Below are positions 9,872-21,800 of a stretch of 64,000 nt of DNA, piece after piece. Source of the stretch: Carpediemonas membranifera BICM (taxonomy: Eukaryota > Protista > Fornicata). The stretch is from assembly GCA_019828565.1 (NCBI GenBank), contig JAHDYR010000002.1, forward strand, positions 372,001 to 436,000, in the 5' to 3' direction. The notes under the pieces are model-generated. The model did no database searches, was not told the DNA's origin, and saw nothing but the letters and a program-made list of their open reading frames with translations. Within the stretch, counting starts at the first letter, position 1. Each line of letters opens with the position of its first letter. The translations under genes and the position numbers were made by a program.

Positions 9872-12800
9872 TCAGCCCAACTCTTTCTTCGGCCTCAGCG
9901 CGCAGACGATGTTGTCCCATGTCCCCGCGCCCCCAGTCACACCACCGACCTCCTCGGGGAACGCTCTTGGTATATGCGCAGACACGCGAGCGAGCGCGTT
10001 CCTCGCATCGACGTGCTGAAGGCCGGCCATTCGCATCTGCGACGCCAAGTTCCTCAGATCGCTACCCCAGTCGATTGCACGTGTCTTCTTCACCACGGCG
10101 AGCATAGCCTGCGTCTTGTCAGGGCATACCATGCTGCCAAAGACTGTAACAGTATCTGTGGCCGCAGTAGGGCCTCGGTTGTTGGCGAGCATGAGAAGGC
10201 AGCGGAGGATCTCGTCGCTAAAGGCGTCAACGGCACTGGCAATGGCGAAACAAGTGGCCACGAATTCGCTGGCGGCGTCAACCATCTCTGTCCGCCCAGC
10301 GCACTGAGTTTTCATCGTCATGTAGCCCCGCGACATGAAATTAAGCGCGCGTTCTTGGAAAGTCGGCCGCTCAAGCAACGGGAAGACCCGAACACGCGGC
10401 AAAGACTCGAGACCACTGTTGCTGTCGCCGGGATACTGGAGAATTAGTAAATGGAAGCCGGAGGACACCCGGGCATCCGAGACAGAGTGCAGCAGTGTGA
10501 GCAGCAGGTCAGTGTGGACCGGCTTGACCGAGGAAAGAACGGGCAAGCCGCGTTCAATGGCTGAAGTGACGGTGGCAGCGAGCTCGGCGTTAGTCTGGGG
10601 GAGGTAGAGCCTTGTGCCCGAGTATGAGCAGCTCAGCGGCTCAATGGCCGCTGCTGGGTCAGTTACTTCAACAACGAGGGCGTGGTCAATAGCGGGACTG
10701 TTCTCAATGGAAGAAGCGAGGAATCTGAAGAGATGGTCCTGCTGGTACAATGGACTCGAGAGCAGCAGGCTGGTGTTCACGAGCTGCATGTTGTACGTGG
10801 CGCTGAACACGGCTTGAGAGAGCATCGCGGAGACAACACTGAGTGTCCCTGGGACGAGGGCGCGAACAAGGCAGAGAAGGTCGATGGCGCTGAGCTCGAC
10901 GGTGGTGCTGGCCTCTCTAGCAGTGAGCATGCTCTTGCTGATGTCCTGGTGGAGTCTAAACGGTCTTGGTGGGCCATGGTGGATGTCCCAGCCTGATCGG
11001 AGACCACCGATCCACTCTTGCCAGGCCTCTTGCTCGGTCTCAAGGGAGTTAAGAAGCGCGTTGTTGGCCGAGAAGCGGGGATGGAGGCTGACGAGCCGCT
11101 GGACCTCCTTGTGCTGGTCGACGCTGAGCCAAGTCTCCTGGGTCGCACTGGGAGGAGAGGGGTCGCCCCTGATGAAAGGAAGCGCGTCTCCTGCAGTAAT
11201 CTTGATAATGTCTTCGAAGATTACGACACGGTCGTCAGGTAACTCGAGCGTCTCGATCACAGCCACACAGGCGGATAAGAGTAGCGAACAGGCTTGGACC
11301 AGTCCGGGTGGTGCAACTGCGGCCAAGGATTGAAGCATATTGGAGATGAATATCCGCATAAAGTGCCTCAAGTTATTGGGGATTGACACAAGGGCGTCTG
11401 AGCGCGTCTTCAGGTCGGCGCAAGCGATCTCGAAATTCGGCCCAATCATTGGCCAATGAAGCTCCCCACCGACAACGTTAGCCACGAGATACACGACCGC
11501 AAGAGATCTTGTTGTCACCTCGAAGGTCGGGGCAACAGCGAACAGAGCGTCTTGGGCATGTTGCACCGCCTTGTTGTGCGCAGTCCTTGCTTCCGACAGA
11601 CCAGTGAGAGTGTCGTCGTGGGTGTCAAGACCGCCGACGGCAGTGCTATACGCCGCGAGGATCTCCTGGTTGTGGTGCTCGAAGCCCGTACGGCAGACTT
11701 CCTCCCGGCTCGAGCGGAGGGTGCCTAGGCGATCTGGCTCGACGATTCTCATCATATCGTTCGTCATCTGTGCGGCAGTGCGCTCGAACGAGTCTGGGAG
11801 GACGAGAGGGGAGAGGTGAGAGCCTAATAAATGACTGCAGTTGAGTCGGGCAGCCTCCATCGACTGGGTGTGGAATATGAGCCTAAACTGCCGATGTACA
11901 CGCGTTACAGTGGCACCAAATCTGATATAAATACTGTGGGCGGACTTCAAGAAGCTGACCAAGTCGTGGAAGGCAATCAGGTCATCAATCTCTCTCTGGC
12001 TACTGTGTGTGTCAGTGATGGTCGCCGACACGTCCGTCTCCGCGAGTTCCATCTCCATTGCAAGTCGTGGTGAGTCGAGAAGTGACTCATCAGAGTCGGA
12101 AGCAGACTCCTGTGAGAAGTCGGTTGTGGTGTTGAATACGGACATATCAGCGTCCATCGACGCCTCTTGTCGCTCTGAGATCCTTTCCCAAGTCTCTAGG
12201 GGCACTTCATCTTGAGCTAGGGCCATCTTATACTCTGGGGAAGCAGAGACGAACCACTCCAGCTCCGACATGAGGGCTGTGACAGTGGGTACGGCGTCCT
12301 TGGTGCCGACACCTGTGAGAATGAGGCATGATCCTACCGCTGCGGCCTTGATGACAGTGTCGAGAAGGGAGCGGACAACAAGGCTCCTGGACTGGCCCTT
12401 AACGGTGGTAGGAGCGTACACCACGGTCGTCTGCCGGCCTTGGGTCGACTCCATCGCACGTACAGCATCCACGAGCTGCGGGATTTGGGTACCGCGGCAA
12501 AAAAGCAGGGGGTGGGTGAAATCTGGTGCTCTGAGTACACGAGCGGGCCATCCTTCCACGCTGGAGACTGACTCGAGAGATAGGAGCTCAGGCGCGGGTC
12601 TCTTGACGGCCTTAGGCCAGGCTTTAGGCAGTAGCGGGTCTGAAAAACCGGCGACAGAGAGCAGACGCAGGGCTGGGGAGTGGTGCGGGCTTCCAGCGAC
12701 AAAGAGAAGGGCGTTCTCGCCGTCAACCACATGCGGTGCAGGTTCATAAGCTGTGGCGGACTTAAACTGCTGGGCACTGGCCCTCGACCTGGGCGTTCCC

Positions 12801-15800
12801 ACCATCATCGAGGCCGAGGAGATCGATCTTGACCTGGCAGTTCGAAGAGGGGCAGTCTGGGCGCGTCTGATCTCCACGGGTGGGTAGTGGAGGGACACAG
12901 TGGTTACGTCAGCCAGACGGGAGTCGCCTAGGAGGATGTCAGAGACGTTGGCCTGCTGGGTAAAGTGCACGCCATGGCTGCTGAGTAGGAGGAATGTCTG
13001 CTGTAATACCGCGCGGCGGGCGGCGTCGTCCATTCCAGCAAGCGCGCAAACCCAGATACCCGCGCGGAGCGAGTCTCCCGGTGCGTTTTGGATCATGGAA
13101 GAGTATGTGGACGCGATGGCCGCCCATAGGCCGCGTTCGTTGAAGAAGGCCTTGACCATAGCGATCGTGCGTGCGTGGTCAGCTGTGAGCTCTGTGATGT
13201 GCTTGGAGACGTCGTCGCATTCGTGTTTGACTGTATCGAGCTTCTCGAGGTTCTCTTCAGCGCTGGAAATCACGTCGGCGAGCTCGGCTTCTACTGAAAC
13301 CAGCTCTTCCTTCTCATTTTCAACCTCCTCTCTGAGCATCTCGGCCCGAGCCTGCTTGGGCTTGACCTCGAGCTCTGCAGACTTGAGCTTGTAGAACGAG
13401 TTGACCCACTTGCCCAGGTCTGCAGCAACAGTTGGTTTCTTGGGTCGACCTTGCATGGCCGGGTCACTGAGTCTCTCGCCGACTTCTCTGAGAGCTTGTG
13501 TGGGGACCCCCTCGATGTACTCGAGACTCTGAACAAACTTGGTGTCTGAGATCATCAGTTTGGCCTCGGGCCAGTAGTCGAAACCAGTCTCGCGACCGTT
13601 CTCCATGATCACACGCGGAGTAAGTCCCTTGATGATGCAGATGCACTCGAGGATTGTCATAAGCGAGCCTGTGGGCTGCTTGGCTCTGAGAGCACCGATA
13701 TCTGCTCGTTTGGCTGCTACGAGTCGATTGAACGACTTGGTCACGCCCTCGCTGGAGCTGGAAATGAGCTGCGCCACTGCTGTGGTCAACGCCTCGATCT
13801 CAGCACTCTTCTCAGACACAGACTCGCGCAGGCGTGTTGCCTTGGCGGTGAGTTCGTCGCGCTTTGCCTTGTCGGCTTCAGCAACCATCCTCATCTTCAA
13901 AAGCTGCTTCTTCGACTCTTCAAGCAGTGGCTCAAGCCGGTTGATCTCCGCCAAGATTGCCCTCACACTACGCTCCGCCCGCTCAAGGCGATCCAGAGCC
14001 ATTGTCAACACAGTGTGGTCATGCTGTAAGGTAGTCAACCGCTGCTGGTAAAGAGCCGCGACAACCATGCCAGTCTGCTGAATAGCAGAGGGCAGAGTGA
14101 CAGACGACACAGTGGTAGAGGCAAAAGCGGTCTGATAGACTTCGACGATTACACGCAAAAGTCTGTGTGGCAGCCTGAGACCGTGAATCAGGGGTAGGTG
14201 CGGACTGAAAGACGGTGCTGGCAGGGCAACAGTGGTGATGCCGGAAGGCCGATGGGGTACGCAACACCGCTCGAGCAGTGTGAGTGCGGAGTGGGTTGTG
14301 AGGCTGGGCAGGGCGACCGTGAGCCCGCGGCGTATGAACCTAGAGGCATTCGGGAAGTCCAGGGCCATGGTGTGGAAGATGGCAGGGTCAACATGCATGA
14401 TTACAGTGACGTTGCCGCAGACGCGGTGTCGTAGGGTCTTGTACGGGTCCCCAGTCTCTGAGGAGAAGAGTTGGCGTACGGCGTTCTTCTCCATGGGCGA
14501 CATGTCGGGGAGATATCCGTGGATCAGCCAGGAGACGTCGCGAAGCATCTTGGAGTGCAGGCTGGGGTTGGCGCAGGCAGGGATGACCGCATATGTCTTG
14601 CCAAGGGCTGCACACGCGACAACACCGACAAGATACTGGCGCCACCGTTCAGTGGGAGTTTCTAGGGTCTCGACAATCTTGCGGGGGGCTTCTACAGCCG
14701 ACGGGGGTCTGCTGCTCGACGTACTCTGGTCTGGCGGTGCGAGTGAGCGCGTGGTGGGTCGACTGGCTGGTTGAGCCGCGTCATCACGGCCCAAAGCCTT
14801 GTGGAGCAGAGCAAAGGCCCGTCCATCGGCATGACCAGTCTCCTCGAGATCATCATGGGCCTCCCTGGCACTGGCGACTGCGTCCTGCAGCTTCTTGCCG
14901 TGGATGAGCGGATGGGCCAGGCCTCTGTTGTCATAAACTACGCCGATGGCGTCTTCGACGTGGGAAAGAAGGCCGACGGCGTGGAGTGTCATGGCGTGCC
15001 CGCCAGTGTGGCTGTTTGTGACAATAGTGACAAGTCGGGGATGGAATTGTGTCGCGTGTAGTCCGATAGCGTCGCCAGTCACCAGGGTATTGTGGAAAGC
15101 AGTCGGGGGATGCACCATGGGCGCTATCGTGGCCATAATCGTGTCTACGGCTGGCAGGACAGGCGGTGTCCCAGCGGTGAGCACGGATTCGGGAAGAAGC
15201 CGCTCGACGAGTGTCTTGCTGCTGAACCCGAGCACTGGGATGTCCGTCTTCGCGAGCCTGTCTAGCGTCTCCTCGAGCGTGTGCTGCTCAAAGTCGATAG
15301 CGGGGTCAAGCTGGCATGCCACATGCCTGAAAGCGATCGGATCCGATAATCTGTCCAAATCTCCGTATTCATCGCCAATTGAGTTACTCACGAGGCCCTG
15401 AACGATGTCCTTGTAAGTGCTTCCATGGTAGCAAGCAGAGAGTACGTCTTCATGCAGTGTGACCCAGATGACAGCAGGGTTGGCCTCCTCAACGAGCATG
15501 ATCCGTGCAAAGGCTGCGAGAAGCTGAGTAACTCGGCCGTGGGTGAAGATAGAGGCGACACCTGGGACGACCTCGCCTGCTGTATGTAGGACGGTGTAGA
15601 GCTCAGCGCTGAGAGCCACGCCGACCCTCATGGCTGCGACCATTCGTGGTAGAACAGGGTCATCGATGATACCCATACGTTTGATGATCTCGGCCCCAAT
15701 ATACTGGACACGGGCGCGCATGTCACGCTTGGACGGATAGTGACAGGGGACGCAGACGGATCGAGCGAGGGCACGCCGCCTGATCGGGTCGACCTGGATG

Positions 15801-18800
15801 TCAGTGGACCTGCGCGAGGGTATCTCCATCTGAACTACGGTTGAGAAGAAGTCAAAGAACTGCCTGGCGTCGTTGGTGGCACTGCTGCTCGATATAGCGG
15901 ATTTGGTGTCCATGATCTCGGACAGCATGCCGTATGCTACTGCCCTGTTACAGCTGGCAGCGTCTGTAGAGATGTTAACAGCGTCTAGCTGTGCAATAAC
16001 GAGTGTGGAAAACGGCTTGTCGTCCTTTGGTTTGAAAGTCCTGGGACCGGACGCCATGAGCTTCGTGTCAATGAATGAACCAAGCATGGATTGCACCAGA
16101 GTGCCCGGGGCAATATCGGACTCATAGACTGACGCTGGTTCGTACGGCGAGAGATCCTGCTCGGCACCGCTGGTGTTGGGTAGAGTGAGCATTGTTACAG
16201 AGCCTGTCTCGCTGCACTTGGCCGCAACAGCAGCAAGGAGGTGCTTCGAACCGGAGCCAACGACATGGCCTAGGATGACAGGCACATGGATGGCCTGGAG
16301 CATGGGTATGACGTCCATAGCGTTCAAGTCAGCAGCACACTGGGGTGGGTCAACTACTGGACGGGTGAGAGAGGACATGTCGAGGTAGTCGTCATGGAAA
16401 ATAGTAGAGGGCTCGTAAGAGACGGCGAGGCGGATGGTGTCGACTCGGTCGGAGGAGGACATGGTAATGAATGTACCGTAAGCTCCCGAGAAGATCGACG
16501 AGTGTGGTCTCTCCGGGTCCTTGGCAGAGCTGGGGACGTCGAGGAGGAAGCCGTCGCCCGTGGCTAGCGCAGAGCACGCCTGCTCGCGGAACCAGGACTC
16601 GAGCTTGGCCACGCGGTCTGGTGCGATGCCCGAGAGATCGAGCATGGTCACGACTGACTTGATAGCAGCCGTAGTCGCCTCAATCAGGGCAAGATCACCA
16701 CACGCGATACGTACAGCCAGGGCCTCGCCCTCTTGGTTGGCTGGGAGCTCGTCTCTATGAGCAGAAGTCCTCGCATCGAGCTGCATGAAGATATCCCCGC
16801 GAGCCTGGGTGGAGGCCGAGATCCGGTCCCGAATCTCGGTGAATAGACGGTGAAGCGTGGCCGCGGCGACAGAGGCGATTGTGCGAGCAGCGTGGACTCC
16901 AATCGTCACGCGATACACGCTCTCGATGCGGTCGTAGCCAAGCAAGAGGCTGGTCAAGACAGCCTCCAGCTGGCGTGCGAGGCGGGTGTTGGGCGACCAC
17001 TTGCTGAGATCGACGGCGCCTCTCTCCTTCTTATCAAAGACTTCGAGCAGGGTAACATCGTCGATCCCGAACGGGTCAGCTGCAATCTTTGCCATGCGGG
17101 CGTCAAACTCGCGACGGAGTGCGGCTTCAGCATATATGACTGACTGTTCGATCATATGAACCCTGTAGGACGCGAACACGGCCGGTGGGAGCTGGCCCAT
17201 ACCCGTAGACTCAATCATGATGATCGTGCTGGATGGAATAGTGACTGTCGTACCGTTTGAGAACTGGATGTCGAAGTTGGGCTGGATCGCATTAATCAAA
17301 CCAGCGAAAGACTCGATCTCACCGTCGAGGACGATGAAGTTCGCCTTCTCCTGCCGCTTCAGGTTCATCCTAGAGGGGGTAACCGAGAGCGTAGGAGGGT
17401 GCTGCGGCTGGGGAATGGACTCACCGACCAGGGCAGTCTCCTGCTTGTAACTGTGTGTGAGTAACGCCCGGAGTTTCGCGGCAGTACCTGGGTCTCCTCG
17501 CCCCAGGTATTCAGCGGAGAGAGAGGAGATGAGTGTCTCCAGGGTGCCTGGTCTGAAGCCTGACTCGGAGTCGTAGAAGCCCCACATGAGGCCGCCTCCG
17601 ATGGCTTCTGGGCAAATGACGTACTCGTCGACTGAGAAAGGGACTTGGGCGTTCGTGGGCACGAGGATTTCGGCAAAGGGGTCCTCGACTGACCTGCCCA
17701 GGACAGAAAGGGCTTCGAATGCTAGGCGCCGCACAGTGCTCTTCCCGGCCAGAGGAGGGGCGGCGATAACGACGCCTCTGCTCACAGTGATGTCTCTCGC
17801 AGTGTTTTGCTGTGCTACGAGTCGAATAGACTTCATCACGTCCACCACGGTGTTGACCAGACCCGTAGTCTGCATGATCTGCTGGCGGTCCATTGCTCGT
17901 CTAACACAACGACGGAGGAGTGCGGTCTCAGCTTCTGGCGAGGGTCTCTGGTCCTCTGTCTCGAACACCCGATCCATATAACTCAGGGCAGAGTCGTATA
18001 GGCGGGCTGGAACCGAGCTGAGCCACTCGTGCTTGAAAGCTGCCTTGAAGGCGCGGTATTCGTCGTCCTCGTCGTCTTCAAACAGGACGCGGAGTGCGTA
18101 TTGGAGCATCTGTAGGAGATAAGCACTGCGGGCTACTCCCTTGATGCCTCTGCCGAACATGCCCATCCACTCTGCGACGATCTCACCGATAGCCTCAGCA
18201 TTACGCACCCCATGACTCTGAAGTTGGACCAAGTCGAGCACTTCAGGCGAGGGTGGGTGGAACTGTACTGGTCGGGCAGTGAGACGGAGGTCTGTGTGGT
18301 ACTGGGGGATGACACCACTAATGAAGAGCTTGGTCGTGGATCTGAAAGGGATGTTCGTGCCAATGAGGTTAACAGTGGAAGCACGGGCCGCAAGGGCGTC
18401 CCTGACGCTCCGTATGACCTCTGCTAGGACAGAGAGTAGGGTAGGGGGCGAGGCCTGGTCCACCGTGATCACTAGCCAAAGTCCGGCGGCGACAGCACCC
18501 CTGATGTAGCGGAGGACAGTGGTCATGAGGTGCTGCGTGCACGCGTCGTGCCTGGACTGTCCGAATGGGACAGTGGGCACGCGTCTGATCACATGGCCGG
18601 TGAGGGCTCCGTAATCCGTGTACATAGTCTTCTTACCCATGGCAAGCTGGCCGGAGAGGGCGTGGACGGGGATGCCAGGGATGTGGATGGTCTCGTGTAG
18701 GGCATCGAGCATGGTCGCGAGGGGGCGGACGAGCGGTGGGGCAAGCTGGTAGCCGAAGTCGACGCATGAGGCACCAAAACAGATAGTCGGCCGCTGATCG

Positions 18801-21800
18801 TTGAGGTAGACTCGCATATGAGACCTCCAGTGGGTAGAGTCCTCGAGCAGGTCTCTGAGAACGTCCACGTAGTACAAGACAATGTAGTTCAACGTTACAA
18901 CCATTCGACGGACGAGGCTGGAGGTACGCCGGTCCGAACTCTCAGGGACCTTGCGGTACGTGGCCAAGAGATGAGGCCGAAGGGACGTGCAGAGGCCGAG
19001 GAGTCTTGCTTCTATAGCGATGAGTCCGTCCTTGGGGCTGGGTGACTCTAGCGCCGAGTCGATTAGCGTGGTGACCGCGAAACCAATGCCCACGGGTATG
19101 AGCGCTTGCGGCCACTTATAAAGAGCCTGCGTCACTGACTCGTCAGACCCACTCTCGAACGCCTTGGCGTAGTCTCTCAGCGCAGGCTTAGCCGACGAGT
19201 ACAAAGAGTCCGAGATGGCGGTGCTCAGTGCGGAAATCCAGTCGGTACACTTGCCCTTGGCACTAAAGACTGGCGGTGTGATCACCACAGTCTCACCGTA
19301 CACCGTGCGCACTCCGTTGTAAAGATGGGCCATGGGGATCCCCTCGTATGTCTTCAAATCAATCTCATCAGGCTGGGCCCTGGATAGCCCGGTAGCTCCA
19401 GGAATCATGGCGATATATGGACTCTGGTGCAGAGTTCCTGGGTTTGCTGTGGTAGACAGGAAGTCCATGAGCTCGGGATCGCTCAGGAAGAACAACCAGG
19501 GGCATGCTAGTCGTTCAGCTTCAAGGAAAGAGGATAGTGCTCGCGTGAGCTTGTCGTACCTGGTGATATAGCTGTCGACCTTGTCTTCCTTGAGCTCGGC
19601 TAGCAGAGAAGAGAGGCGAGGGAACTGGGAGATGACTGCGCCGACTTGTTTCTCCCACTCACCGGCCACCTGGTCGAAGCACCTAGCGTCGGCGGGGAGC
19701 TTGGCGCGGACCTCAGCGGCGGTGTACAGCGGTTTGATGCTCGTCCACATAGTCTGCGCATGTGAGAGTTTTTCAAGAAGTCTGGAAATATTGCCCGTCT
19801 TCCGCGTCCAAGCGGCAAGCTGTTCCTTGAACGCAGAGGCGTATGTCGAGTGGAAGAGGAACTTGACTCTGAACACCAGGTCTGAGATCTTCGCGAGGAC
19901 TTCTGGGATGTCCGAGATGACTGTGGTGCGGTCAGCGTCTTCGTGCTCGGTAAGCTCCTCTTCTTCTCCTGTAGGTGTGCCCCAGCCCCGCGCAGTGTGT
20001 GGTAGAGAGGCCTGCATGGCAGTCTCATCCTGGACATGGAGCCACAAGTTGTAAGGAATGGTGTGAAGCATGAGTTGCTCGAAGGAAGACTTGATCTCAG
20101 CCACACCGTGCTCAACTTCGAGCTCGTGGGATGCTTGGGAGGCTATGCGTTGAATGGCGGCGATATACGGGGTGAAATCGTACTGCTCGAGGATCGAGGC
20201 GAAGGTCATTCCGTACGCCGGCTTGAACGCGAAGCCAGTCTCCTTAGCCAGTGCTTCCCAGTGACGGTCGCGAAGCATGGGATTGCACAGAGCAGCGATA
20301 AGCGGGAGATGCTTGCTGAAGGCCGAGAAATCTTGTAGAACTCGTTCAGCGGTCCGCATGGGCGAGCCATAGTCAGAAAGGTCTACTTTCAGACGACGTA
20401 GCGTAACGCTCTCCTCGTTGATTAGGTTCTTAGCCTCATCGGGGTTCTGCACGAGGAGCTCGCCGTACATCAAGGCAGATTTCGTGACCGTCCAGTGAGC
20501 AGACACGTGCCACACGTGACACACGTTTTTGATGAGCTCAACGGTCGACCTGATTAGGGAAAAGTCGGTCGGAGTCATGCCAATGATACGCTCGTGTCTG
20601 TTGAGGACGGCACACTCATCGAACAACGTGTCCATCTCCTCCCGGGTTCGGGAAACAAGTGTGTAGTTCTCGTCAGCGGAGCCACCTTCAAGGACAAGGG
20701 CGCGCTGGATGCTGGGTCCCATCTCCGTGAACGATTCTTTGATACTCCGCGCCTTTTCCATAAAGTGCACACTGAACTGGTGACCGGCCGACTCTAAACG
20801 GAGGTTGGTCAGGCGCTGGAGTCGGCCGATGCGCTCGGAAGCGCCAATGAGCTTGTAAAACGACTGGGTGACTGCATCTCGCGTGTAGTAGCGGTTCTCG
20901 TGTAAGAGGTTGAGTACAGGACGAAGATCTGACTCAATCGACTCATGGAGTTGGTCAATGGTAGGCCCCGCCGCCTCTAGAGCGTCCCTGAGCTTGACAA
21001 TATCATCGGGAGACCGCGGGATCCGATTGAGTTTTCTCTCAAAGTTGACTTGGGCCTTGAGACTCCTAGCAACTCTGAGCGACACTCTCTGGTGCGTCTC
21101 ACTCAACAAGTCCATCTTGGCGTGGTGAAGAATGGAAATAGCTGTGTATTTCAAGGGGTGGAGCGAGAGGGCAAAGGGGGGGAACTTCATGAGCCCTTGG
21201 ATTGACTCAATATCTGCAGTCATGCGGGTGATATCGGACATGGTTTGTGACACCACGTTGAGGTCGACCGCGTCGCTCTTGAGAGGCTTGGTAGGCCATG
21301 AACCTCCTGTGGAGAGCATGATTGCACGCCGCACGTGCCTCTCGTTGACAATGTTGACGATGTGAGGGCCTGAGTAGCGCGGGAAAGCTCGTTTGAAAGC
21401 CTCACTGAGTCCTACGCGGTAAAACTGGGAAACGGCGGCCGCTGCAGGTCTGATCTTCGTGACACACTCCTCTTGAACACGGACGAGCGCCTCTCCGACT
21501 ATAACTTCAAGCTTCTCGAGCCGACTGGCCACCCGCTGCTCGATTCCCGGCGGCAGCTTGACCACTCCGCCCGGCCCAGCAATGTTTTGGAACGAGTCAA
21601 CCATAGTATCCCAGGAATGGTGGAGGGAGTCCATGATATCCTCGTGCATCGGATGCATCTCCACACTGAGCGTATCAAGCAGTGGCCCAAGAGCAATTGG
21701 AGCGTCTGTCCCGGTGATAAAAGTTGCCATGCGAGAGGACGCGACCAGGGTGTCTAGCTCTCTCAAGACAGTCGGCTGGGCTGGGTTAGCCGAGGTGACC

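Noticed and set aside
9248-10447. 399-aa plus-strand ORF spanning C2 and the dynein 3' end
   Set aside because: Antisense to two supported genes and crosses a repeat boundary; GC-rich chance ORF.
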